Assembly: GCF_018977255.1 (NCBI RefSeq)
Contig: NW_024704742.1
Coordinates: 34,598,001 to 34,662,000 of the forward strand
Length of the DNA stretch: 64,000 bases
Origin: Callorhinchus milii
Lineage: Eukaryota
Direction of reading: 5' to 3'
In this document: one piece after another, positions 22,398-34,070 of the stretch
Numbering within the stretch: position 1 is the first letter of the stretch
Layout of the letters: each line of letters opens with the position of its first letter
Made by a program: the position numbers and the translations under genes
The notes under the pieces: generated by a model
The model's input: the letters and a program-made list of their open reading frames with translations, nothing else
Databases searched by the model: none
What the model was told of the DNA's origin: nothing

Positions 22398-25300
22398 ATC
22401 CGGCTGGTTGGAGGCCACTGCTCAGGGGCATCAGTCATATGGCACAATGACATGTTTTGAGTGCTTCAAAAAAAAAATGGCAGCCTGTATCCATTAGCTT
22501 GGTTTAATCCATTGAGCTCATGATGCCTCCGGGTGAGACCACCCTTGGCAGATTCAAATCCAGTTTAAAAAGTAAAGAAGACATTCCTTGTAAAGGTGGT
22601 CATAAGTGTGAGATGACGTATCTGGGCTATGGTGTTGAGACGCAACATAAGTATTTTTTGATCAAAGCATTTAAAAAAAACTGGGTTAAGTGAGGTATGC
22701 AAAAGAGCTTAAAGGGTTAAGCCAATTAGTATTAAATCAGAAGGTCTTCTGAGGGGCAGCTAGAAGAACCAAAAGTTTTAAGGAAAAAAAGGATTAATGA
22801 TTTTAAGAAGTTAAATTTTTTAATGTTAATCTGAGTCAGTTAGAAAGTGTTACGGTAAAATTACATCAACAATAAATGGATCTGCATTGATGAAATGGAT
22901 AGCAGTTTCCTGACCCATGGTTTGTCCCCGATCATAATTTGTGTAATAACAGCCCAGCCTGCCTTTAGAGAGATCCCACAACTGATTTTTATTTACTCTG
23001 TATGTAAGTAATGCAGGAGAACATTTGCATATATAACTTACGGTCTTGTGAGCATCGCCGTTTGAATTAAAGCTGCTTTGCCTGATAATGATGGGGGATT
23101 TAACCAAAGAAAATTGCATTTTAAAATTGTCGAAAAGAAACAAAATCCTCTGCCGTTTTGCAATTCATTTTTCACTTAATTCACTCCTGTTCCTTACAGC
23201 ACTGTGATCCACATGAGGATTTGCTGTCAGTTTGGGCCAAAATGTGCACTTCCACCTTTATTGATCACTGTGATAAATTTTAAGGCTTTTGCTGCCTCCC
23301 TTTTCCAGAGCTGTGGTCTCTCTGCATTGACTTACTGTTCATGGCCATTCAAATAAAACAGCTCATATATCTTGATTCTTCACCCAAGAATGTGCATCCC
23401 CTCATTCTATTGTTTCCTTGCTTGCAAGGATATATTTGCCACGGTTTCTGAAACACTTCTTTTAAATGTTTCGCTAGATTTTCTCTTATCTGTCTTAACA
23501 TTCCTAAAATGAAAGTTGTGGGCTAACTTCCAGTACTGTAACAACCAGCAGCTGCTTTACATAGTTGAAAAGAAAGATTTTTAACACAATTAATAATGGG
23601 ATGAGCATATGTGCAGGGAACAGGACTGCGCTTCCACCAAATTCTTTATATAAAACAAGCTGCGGGATTCTTTTACAAATATTTTTACTTATATTTTTTG
23701 ATATTGTGATCTTATTGATAAATGATTCAGTGTAAATAAATTTGGGGGCAAAGCAGCTTTAAGATTGATTTTTATTTCAACCTTAACACTTTTAACCACA
23801 TTCAAATTGAGAAGGCAACTTTGCAGCTTAAGCCAATTCAGCTTGTATCGTGACAGCATTTCAGGTGAGAACACTTGGATTTAACCCACCTCAGTCTTTA
23901 GGAATTCGAAGGAGGCTGTTTAAGCAAAGAGCCAAAGTAATACAACCTGCTGAGTGGAGAGCACAAATTATTCAGCGTTTCATGAATCTGTAATGGTGTA
24001 AGCGTGTTTAAGCACAGAACATCCTGTGCAGTAGAACTGTTTTCTATAAATGACAGTATGTGTTATTCTCAACTCCTTGATGCTGTAACACATAATAAAT
24101 ACTTTAAAAAATATATCACACCTGCTTCTCACAGCTTTTGCTTGTTTTATCTTGCCTAATGATTATAGATTCATGCAGAGTTACTGGAAATAATTTGTGG
24201 TCTTTGTATTACTCCGGTTTACAGCTTCTTTGAGAGATTTTACATTTTTAAAAATTTTTGCCAAAATCCAACCCTAGAAATTGCCTCGACATTTTGGGCC
24301 TAATGATACAGTTAAGAAATCATTTATATATGTACAAAAGAACAGAGACACCTCCCTTCTTACAATGGCATCTGAGACAAATAAGAATACAGATGGTTTA
24401 TATAGTTTTTGGTGAGATGCAGATATTTATCCAGAGCCAGAAGGTGGCACATTGGTGGAAACAAAAGTAACTTCTTAATAGCAGGCAAATTGAAGTTGAG
24501 AAACCATAGTGCAATGCCTTTCCTCACTTCCCGTGTTCAGTTCCAGTCAATCAAGCTTGTATAATAATCCTGAATAATAAATTCAGTCCCTCAAAATTTT
24601 GTTTGGAAATGAACTGAAAGATGTTACATGATGAAAAACTTCTTTGATATGTACTATATTAAATCCACATTACATGGCCTGAAATTCCACGTAGTTTAAT
24701 CTGTAAAACCAATTTTGTCTTAAAAATGTAACATACAGCAGAATTGGGGAAAATTCTCAAATACAATCTTAATTTGGAAACTGATTTGCTGCAATTCTTA
24801 CAAAGAGACGATTACAAAATTAAGAGTGAATTTGAGAATATTCCATAATTTTGAAACAATCTGGTCTTACGCACTAAAACTTGGTAAAATTTCAACCTAC
24901 AGTATGCACATTGAAAAGCAGCGCATGTACACACACATACATATTATGGGATGTACACTGCCTGAGGCACAAGACAAATGCGGGCTTTGCTAATACACTA
25001 GTTGCACATCTTGTCTTCAGACTCACTCCAGTTCATACACCTCTGCCCATTTTGCAGCTCCCATGTGATCTACATACAGGAGTTTACAATGTGATTCTTG
25101 TCTTATGATCTCGCAGCACCTGGTGACCCTGAATTCTTACCAGATACCTTGTATGTCTATATGTTTGTGTATTCGGTACTGTGTCTTAAGAGTTCAGAGT
25201 GCTCGTCAGTCTACAAGTTGAGGACCAAAGAAAGGAATAAAGACACTAGTATTGTTGATTGAACTTCATTGTAACTATGGGGCTATTAAAGTTAGTGTCA

Positions 25301-27100
25301 CATATAATTACGTCCTATAATTGTGTTTTAACCATTTCTAGGTTTTCCTCCAGCCTTATGATTTACTGTTTTTTTAAAAAATTAGGCGACACAACAGTTT
25401 GAGAAAATTTTTTAAAAAATGAACAAATGAGCACCGACCTGACAAAATCTCTTGGTTGTACATCCTAGGAAAAACTATTGTACATGTCCTAAAACTACAC
25501 GTGCAGAAAGAGATGTTGAGACCTTATGTCAGATCAATAAAAATCCATGAGAATAACTTCTGACCAGAGTGAGATTTGAAAATATACAGTAGCCAATGCA
25601 ATGTTTTGCCAACATCACTTTTTAAAGCTTTCACTAAATAATCTAAAAAGTCAATGCCAGCCAAGTTCTAATAATACTTCCATCTGATGCAAGGATTATT
25701 CACAGTAAAACAACAACAACAAAATTGCATTTATAGAGCGCCTTTCACATTGGGAAGATGTAACATAAAAGGATGGTTAAAAAATTATTTTGTTGAACAG
25801 TAATGAAAAAGTGAATTCCTTCTATGGTATTACCTCCTTTAAAAGAATGTGACCTGGAATATTCCTTTTAAAATCAGATAAGATGTTTGTTGTTATACTG
25901 GATTTAATATTATCCTGTGAAACAAATTGATCTTAGTTTAATAATAATAATAATCCTTGCATTTGATATAGCGCTTTTCACGTCGGGAAATCACGTGGGG
26001 CATCACCTGTACTCCTTAACAAATGATAGGAGTTGTAAGAGTCTATTTATTTAACTGTTATAAATTGAAACATTTTGAGCTCATGTCTTTTGTCAATAGA
26101 CTTCCTGCTCTGTTTTTTGTTTTTTTTACATGTGCTTCTAGTAACAGAAAGTAAGCTGATAAAAAAAGCAGGACAGAAGAATGCATTGTTATTCAGCAAA
26201 CACAATGAATGCTGTTTTCATTTTTACATCAGTACAAGAGTTGCTTTCTTCCCTATTCTCTCCCATTTTCTTTTCCAAATTTTTTACCAGACTTAAACAG
26301 ATCCATTTCAACCAAGAAAGAAGGGAGAGGCCAGATTTGATTTGACTCATGAATTTCAGTATCTGCTTTTCTTTGATTTAGGAAGGGAACTCCAACCCAC
26401 AGAATTCACAACTTATAGGTATGACTACAATACGATTAGAAATCTTCACTGAAACCATGACGGCTCAAATACCTGGCATTACATTTAAGAGTTACAGGTT
26501 CATTCATTTGTAATCCAAGATGTATTCTTATAACTGTGCCAAAGTCCCTGCTCCATGTATTATAATTCAGACAGGCAAGTCTGGTGTTCAGGGTCACTAT
26601 CTAATATACGTAATCTGTTTCTAATTGTCATGTACGTGTTGTTTCCATAACCAGTTGTGTGTAGGGCGTAAATATTACCAACATATGGTAATAGTACTTT
26701 CACAAAACACAAAACTGCTAATTTAATATGATGTTTGTACTGTTAACATTCAATTGTTGTGCTTTAACTGTGTTTAAGGCGTATACTCAAAGGCTGCCGG
26801 GGGCAATGGAAATCTACAGAGAAAGGGTTATTTTAATCAGCAGAACAAATTTAAAAAGAATCTCTAAATCTGCATCATCGATTCAAAATAACCACTAAAC
26901 TAATATTTGAGCATTCATAACTTCCAATAATTGATTGACGAAAGATGACAAGATCGGAATAGACAAGTTTGGTTGACAGGATTATCCAGAGACTAGCGTG
27001 TTCAGCTCCCACAAGATCGCTCACTGGAACAAGTGTACATTTTGCGTGGCAACAGCTATTTTTAAATAAATTCATGTACAAAACTTTAACAAATATCGTT
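22398..27100 (+). other. ELOVL6: Probable long ELOVL6 3' UTR with several candidate poly(A) signals
   Basis: AT-rich and repeat-poor after the stop. AATAAA at 22871, 23352, 23735, 24094, 24576, 25236, 25536 and 27065; those at 24094 and 27065 are followed by U/GU-rich tracts. The true end cannot be determined from sequence. Confidence 0.5.
24676..24898. mobile_element. Palindromic MITE-like element inside the putative ELOVL6 3' UTR
   Basis: Ends ggcctgaaattccac.. and ..taaaatttcaacct are imperfect inverted repeats, as is the inner pair gaaaattctcaaat/atttgagaatattc. Homologous to 29390-29630 and 40028-40193. Confidence 0.6.
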
Positions 27101-27274
27101 GTTGGTGTTTATTTTAACTCATAACTCAATATTGTTGCAGATCACCCATGACATTAAAAACAAAAGCCAGTCGAATGAATGATGCAGTAAAGCCAACACA
27201 AATAATTGGGTAATCATCTCTGCTTAATCTTTTCTCTGAACACTGCAAATAAATGTATTTTTGATTATGTTTCT

Positions 27275-27578
27275 CACTTGTTTGCAAGTGAGAGACCTGA
27301 GTTCAATTCCAGGCAGGGCGAAACCTTGGGCAAGTTTCCTTACTCCACACGCCTAATAATAATCCCTCCAAAAAAAAACCCAAAACAATAATTAAATTGG
27401 TCATTTTCAATCTACGACTGTTTGTGGGACATTGCTGTGCGCAATTGGCTGCCGCGTTCGCCCACAAATATACAGTCAATTCACTTTACAGTGTGTTCTG
27501 TGAAGCGCTTTGGGACGTCCTCCTGACGTGAAAAGCGCTATATCAAATGCAAGGATTATTATTATTATTATTATTATT
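27275..27578 (+). mobile_element. Young tRNA-Ala SINE, slightly 5'-truncated
   Basis: Near-identical to 6854-7168, with an (ATT)n tail. Confidence 0.92.
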
Positions 27579-28591
27579 GTTGGGGATGCACCATATTTTG
27601 ATTCAAACTCATTTATTCAGCCTACTGAAAGCCAATCGTGGTCCCATTTGTACTCTGCATCATGTTCACTTTGAAAAAGGCCATTTCGCAAGTGCTCTTG
27701 TGACTGCAGCAAAAATATTTTAACAATATCTGCACAACCCAGTGAATTCCTACCCAGACCTGCCTATTTCTATTGCCCTTGTCATTGCAGTTATATAATT
27801 TTATAACCATTTTTGTGTCAAAAAGGCATTTGCACTTTATCAATATGCTAGGTTAGGAGTTATTACAAATAGTACTCTTTGTAAATACATTTCCTTCCCA
27901 AATAAATTGCAAAACATAAATAAAGATCAAATCCCCAGGAGGGTCTGCAGTAAATAACTATCAGCTGGATCTGGTTAGAAAAATAATCATGGCTTGATAG
28001 TATTTCTTCCAGGGAAAAGGGGACTTGCAAGTCATTTGTTAGAAAAATAAAAAAGCTGAACACTGCATAAAGGAACTAATATTATTTTGTATTCCGTCTC
28101 TTCAGTGTGACAGCATTGGAAAGTTTCCTGTTTCAATTTCAAGTTTTCTTTACTCAGAGGGTCATTTATGAATGAAACAGATTTCTAGGATGGGTGGTTC
28201 AGGCCAGGATTGCACTCATTTAAGAAGCAGCTTGATGCAGTGACGAGTGGACTGTAGGGTGGGTGTTCTGGATCAATCCAAGCCAATCTTGTGATCTATT
28301 GACATGGATCTGATGTTCCTTATAATGAATTTTAGTTCAAGTACGTTCAGTATGGTATGTTTCTAATGTATGTCCCCCTTTTTAAAGTTCTGTAATACTT
28401 ATAAGCTCAAGCTTTGCAGAAATGCTTTAGAACCTGAGAAACATGGAAAATGAAAAAAGTCATTCAGTTCTTAAAGTCCAACATTTCCAGAGAACACATA
28501 CAATCTACTCATCATATTATGAAGTGCCTAAGGACTATCTCCTGACATGAAAAGTGCTATTTCATGGAATCATAGAACTATACTGCACAGA

Positions 28592-28882
28592 GTGGAGTCC
28601 TGTAGCTCAGTGTTTCGAGCACTCGCCTTGCAAGCGAGAGACCTGGGTTCAATTCCCAGCAGGGTGAAACCTTGGACAAGTTTCCTTACTCCACACGCCT
28701 GATAATAATCCCTCAAGAAAAAAACAATAATAAAATTGGTCACTTTAATCCACAACTGTTTGTGGGACGCTGCTGTGCGCAATTGGCTGCCACGTTTCGC
28801 CCACAAATATACAATCAATTCACTTTACAGTATATTCTGTGAAGCGCTTTGAGACGTCTAGAAGACGTGAAAAGCGCTATAT
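28592..28882 (+). mobile_element. tRNA-Ala SINE (tagaa-loop subfamily) inserted in a minus-strand CR1 3' tail (28560-28985)
   Basis: The CR1 tail catagaactatactgcacag...attcggcccatcatgtctgtg (compare 4141-4260) is split by the SINE. Confidence 0.9.
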
Positions 28883-29389
28883 CAAATGCAAGGATTATTA
28901 TTCGGCCCATCATGTCTGTGCTGGGTCTTTGAAAAGAGCTATCCAAATCAATCCCACTCCTCCGCTCTCTCCCTATAGCCTTCTAAGATTAATCTGGTTT
29001 ATTTATTTTTCCTTCCTAATCCAAATTTACCGCTAAAATGTTCAAATGAGTTGGCTGCTCATTGTTGTATATGGGGCATTGTTGGTACAGATCAGCTATC
29101 CCATTGCCCATAGAGCAGCATTCACTTAAATTGTAATGTGTTATATTTTGTAAATTGCTTCAAGGTGTTTAATTTTGAATGAAAGGCGCTGTATAAATGC
29201 AAGTTATTTTTGATGCCCTCCACCATTGAGTGGCCAACAGACACAACCAAAGCTCACACAAGCACAATGGTCCACTTGAACAGGATGCCAGAGAGTAACC
29301 AACACCAGGGGAACCATCCCTAGCAAGAGGAGATCAGACTACGATCAGAAAGGTCTATGCCAGTGGGGAGAAGTAAGCGCAAAAGACAC

Positions 29390-29630
29390 CCTATTTTATT
29401 TAAATCACTGCAGAATTGAGGAAAATTCTTCAATTCAGTTCTAATTTGAAAGCACTTTATTTAATAACAGCAGAAAAACTACATCCAAACTAAGACTGAA
29501 TTTAGAATTTTGCATATAAATTGCTCTGGGAGTCTGCCCTGCCTGCGGGGCGCTATATAAATGCAAGTTGTTGTTACTTGCTGCTCAATCTTAAATTTTA
29601 AGACAAAATGGTATTCCAGCCTAAGTCTAG
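29390..29630. mobile_element. Palindromic MITE-like element interrupted by an L2/SINE tail (29528-29578)
   Basis: gcagaattgaggaaaattcttcaattcagttctaatttgaa matches about 24738-24780. cttaaattttaagacaaaatggt matches 40172-40193. Confidence 0.6.
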
Positions 29631-30039
29631 AATGTCAAACCAGTTATTATGTAGGCAAATGTAACTTTTCATGAGTAGAACATTATTTGCCTGTGACATT
29701 TATCTTTTTTTGTCCTACCGTTAAGGGAATAATAAAGGTTGTGTTTCAGAGGTTAACTGCAATCATTTTATTGTTCAACTCTTAGTCTGACAAGTTGAGA
29801 TTTCCATTGATGGTGTTTTACAACAAAAGTTTGTTTCAAAGGTTGGAATGGATTTACTTTGGATTATATGCAAGTAGACAGGTGCATGAAAGAAAAAGGC
29901 TTGAAGGGGTATAAGGATAGGGTGGGAAAGTGAGATTGAATGAACAGCTTGCTATGAGAGCCAGAGCAGAAACGATGGGCTGAATGTTCTCTATATGCAC
30001 TGTAAACTTCTAAGATTCTATGATACTGGTGTCTATTCT

Positions 30040-30108
30040 ATGTCCTCCCGACGTGAAAAGCGCTATATCAAATGCAAGGATTATTATTATTATTATTATT
30101 ATTATTAT
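30040..30108 (+). mobile_element. SINE 3'-tail-only insertion following a CR1 tail (about 29850-30022)
   Basis: tgtcctcccgacgtgaaaagcgctatatcaaatgcaagg followed by a long (ATT)n. Similar tail-only copies lie at 25938-25989 (-), 60606-60640 (-) and 61410-61455 (-). Confidence 0.85.
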
Positions 30109-31859
30109 ACTGAGCAGTGAGTTGCTGTGATTGCCAGTTTACCAAGCTGAGTAAAGCATTAAGCCAGTTGGTATTCATTGCACGCCATTTATAAAGGCAC
30201 AGCCATGGCAGGTATTTTAGGCATTTATTTTAATTTCGCCTCTACACAAAAGTCCCAAGAAGGGACATTCATTTCTAGAATTCCTTTCTTTGCCTTATAG
30301 CAGACAGCGCCCATGTTTCAAATTTTGCAATGCTGCAGATTGAGTGTCTATAATGTACCCTGAGGGCTGTGGGTGATCATATAGCAAATTTTTTTTTGAA
30401 ATCTTTGAATTCTTGAGGGTTAATTAAAGTAAAATAATAATAATAATTCTTGCATCTCATATAACGCCTTTCACATCGTGAGGATGACTCAAAGCGCTTC
30501 ACGGGATTCACTGTGAAGTGTAGAGTCTGTATATTTGCAATCAGTAAATACTGTACTGTATGCTGCTTTATGTATCAGAATGAAAACTGAATACTGCACA
30601 CATCAAATAGAATAGGACTGTATCAGATCCATTGTGAAACAGCAAACGGGCTGATGAATATGAAATTATATAGCATGAAGATAGTGCTGGGCAATATTTT
30701 TCTGCTTATTAAATTCTTACTGCTGCAAGTTGTGATGCATATATGGCACAGAATTATGGATCCGAACTGTCTCACATTTACAATAGGTAGAAACCACAGC
30801 AAAATACATTAATGGCAGCTGATAAGTAAACACACAGAGACCTTAATGCGCTTGTAGTAAGATTATAGGAAAACAGGAAAAGAAGGAGGTCAATATAGCC
30901 CATTAAGCCATCGCCTGCAACTTGTCACTTCTTATGACTGATTTTTTTTGCTTCAATATGGTATAAATCTAGATTTAGCCAAACAACATGCAATTAGTTC
31001 CCACTTGTCCCTGTAAGAATAATTATTGTGTGTCTATTTGTCAATAGATATGTTCAATTCACATTCATTTTAGACCTGTTTTGGTATCATTTTTTTTCTA
31101 TATTGTCGCAGCCTTACTCTGTTTTTTTTATAAACATTTTAAAAATGTTGTGTGAATTCTGTGTTCCTGAAGGAGAGAAGTGTCATTAGTGTCGGGAATT
31201 AAACTCTTTCATTTCTCAGGCAACCTCCCATCCTCCATTCTCATCTCACCCACCTACCTCAACCCCCGTCTCCCCCACTCGTGTCCACTTCAACTCCACC
31301 AGGACAAAGTGCCCTCTGTTCTGCCCCAACCGTGTGTCTGAGCCCCAAGCCTCAGGAGAGGGAGTGCCTGGTACTGCAGAAATGTGACATTTTTTTTTAT
31401 TTCTCACACCAGCCACCTTGTGGCCTCTGAACAGAATAGTGAAGTTAGGAACAGTTTTGTGCAATGGGATCCTGCTAGGAATGGTGGGATTGAGAACACC
31501 CTGACTCATTTCACCGACACTTACAAGTCAGCACTTGAGCTGATGGTAAAGACCATTGTACAATACATTCTTCTTTTCCCCCCTCCCATATATAGTTTGC
31601 CTAACCAGAGTTTCCTGCTACTCAGGATAAAGGAGCAACATTCTGGATCCCCAACCTTAGTGGTTCTCAAGCAGTGTGACCCATATGGTTACTTTCAACA
31701 TTTTTCTCACGTTTAGGCATTTTAAACTTAGTACTTTTGACTAGAAAGATAGCCTTCACCCCCTCCCCCTTTTTAAAAGAAATCTAAACTGGACTCCTTC
31801 AAGCTCTTCATTTATTGCTTCATATCCAACCTATTCTTCTTCTCTAAAGTGGTGGAGTG

Positions 31860-32050
31860 TATCATTGCCTCTCAGCTTCGCTCCTTCCTCTCCCACCCCT
31901 CCCTCTGTTAGGCCTTGCAATCCACCACACGCCTGCCCTAATCCCGCTCTCTCTCCCCCTATAACCCCCCGCTCTCTCCCCTTCCTCTTTCCCGCTCTCC
32001 CCACTCTGTCTCCCCTTCCCCCACCCCAATCAATCTCTCTCTCCCGCATT
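31860..32050. repeat. C/T-rich low-complexity tract
   Basis: Multiple C3-C5 runs on the plus strand (G-rich on the minus strand). Confidence 0.7.
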
Positions 32051-33710
32051 CTGCAAGCACCTTAAAGCAACTTAGACTAATAGTAATAAATGTAGCTTCC
32101 CATTCTGATTTGCTGCACTGCTTGGAATGAAGCTGCTCATCAATGTAAAATAGAACAAAGATTCCCCCCCACCCCACCCCTTCCCCCTCCACAAACCACT
32201 GCACTCACATTGTATTTTGCACTAGATTTAACTGAAATAGATTAGAAAGGAAGTTTTGTGAGCAAATGCTACCATTTCCTGGAAGGAGTATTGTCTCCCA
32301 GGATTTGAGAGGAAATTTTGCAATGGATCCTAATACAGAATTCAGACCAAGCAGATGGCAGGACATATGTAGTGGTTTGCAATGAATTATCAATGCTCTG
32401 TTACACCTTATGGCTTGTAAAATGGAAAATGTCAAATAGATACTATTGACTGTGATTGATTGATTGATTAATCAATCAATTGATTGATCAACAGATCGAT
32501 TGATTGAATATGACAATCCTCCTGGATGGACGCGAGTAAGGTGGGGTGGGGGTGTCTCCTTAGAGCTGATGTCACTCCAAGGTGACATACTTGGCAATGG
32601 AAATGTCAATCCACTGTGGCAGTCTTAGTCTGGTTCCTGAGCCAGGCTGGTCACACACCAGTGAGCTAATCAGGATTCACTCTATCTAAAACCATGGGGA
32701 ATCGTGTACCATTAAGCATTTTATTTCATTTTTCCATACAATTATCTTTATGTACCCACAAAATACAGTGACTCCACTTAAAGTACTATATATCCTGTGA
32801 AGTGCTTTTGAGATTTCAATTTGTGGTGTGAAACAACTTGGTCATTGTCTTTGAGACAATATTCATGGCATATCTTAATCTTATATCCACAAATACTTTG
32901 GAAAGCAATACTCTTCGAGATATATCAATATCCTTTGCTGTTGCAGGTTGGGATTTGTTTTAACACACAATGGCCTGTCCATATTTTGATTTTAAAACAC
33001 TATCACAGTGAGGTATTATAATAATAATCCTTGCATTTGATTATAAAATGCAAAGATTATTAAGGTAAACAGAAGTCTTCATGAAAATCCATGGCCTATG
33101 ATTTGGATCCTGTTGATATTTTCTAAACACACATAAATTATCAGCTCAGCTCACTCCTGTGATATAAATCAATGCTGTTATCTACCCAACATTAATGCAT
33201 TCTTTAAGAAAGAAACATCTCAGTTGTATCGCCTCTGGTGCAACACCTAAATATTTGTGTCAGCCTGGCTAGGTTGTTAAAAATTGCCTCTGAGTAAGAA
33301 GTTTGTGAATTTCGTCTCACAATGGGTCTTTGAACTCACAGTCCAGGCTGACACTCCAATGCAGTGATGGAAAGCATTGCATACTTGGAAGTGCTGCCCT
33401 GTGGATGAAACATTAAACTGAGGTCTGTCTGTTCAGGTGGATGTTAAAGGTCCCATGGCACTATTCAAAAAGAGAAAAAGAAAAGGGAGTTTCTCCCAAT
33501 ATCCAGATTAACAATCCCTCCCCTCCTCACCCTCAGATAAAACTGATATTTTACTTCATGGATATTGTTGAACAATTGGCTGCCACATTCTCAGGCAAAA
33601 CATTTCATATCTTCATAACTGTTTTGTGAATAAATGCTTCTTGACCTTAGATCACATTCACTTACAAAATACAGTCACTACACTTCACAATAAATTCTGT
33701 GATGTATTTT

Positions 33711-34070
33711 GTGGAGTCCTGTAGCTCAGTGGTTAGAGCACTTGCTTTGCAAGCGAGAGACCTGAGTTCAATTCCAGGCAGGGTGAAACCTTGGGCAAGT
33801 TTCCTTACTCCACACGTCTAATAATAATCCCTCCAAAAACAAAAACAATAATAAATTGGTCATTTTCAATCTACGACTGTTTGTGGGACATTGCTGTGCG
33901 CAATTGGCTGCCGCATTCGCCCACAAATATACAGTCAATTCACTTTACAGTGTGTTCTGTGAAGCGCTTTGGGACATCCTCCCGACGTGAAAAGCGCTAT
34001 ATCAAATGCAAGATTATTTTTATTATTATATCTCAACATCATATCAAATGCAAGGATTATTAATTATTAT
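33711..34070 (+). mobile_element. Young tRNA-Ala SINE, full length, with a duplicated tail; it follows an old SINE and precedes a CR1 3' remnant
   Basis: Near-identical to other young copies. A second atatcaaatgcaaggattatt lies at 34041-34070. Confidence 0.92.
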
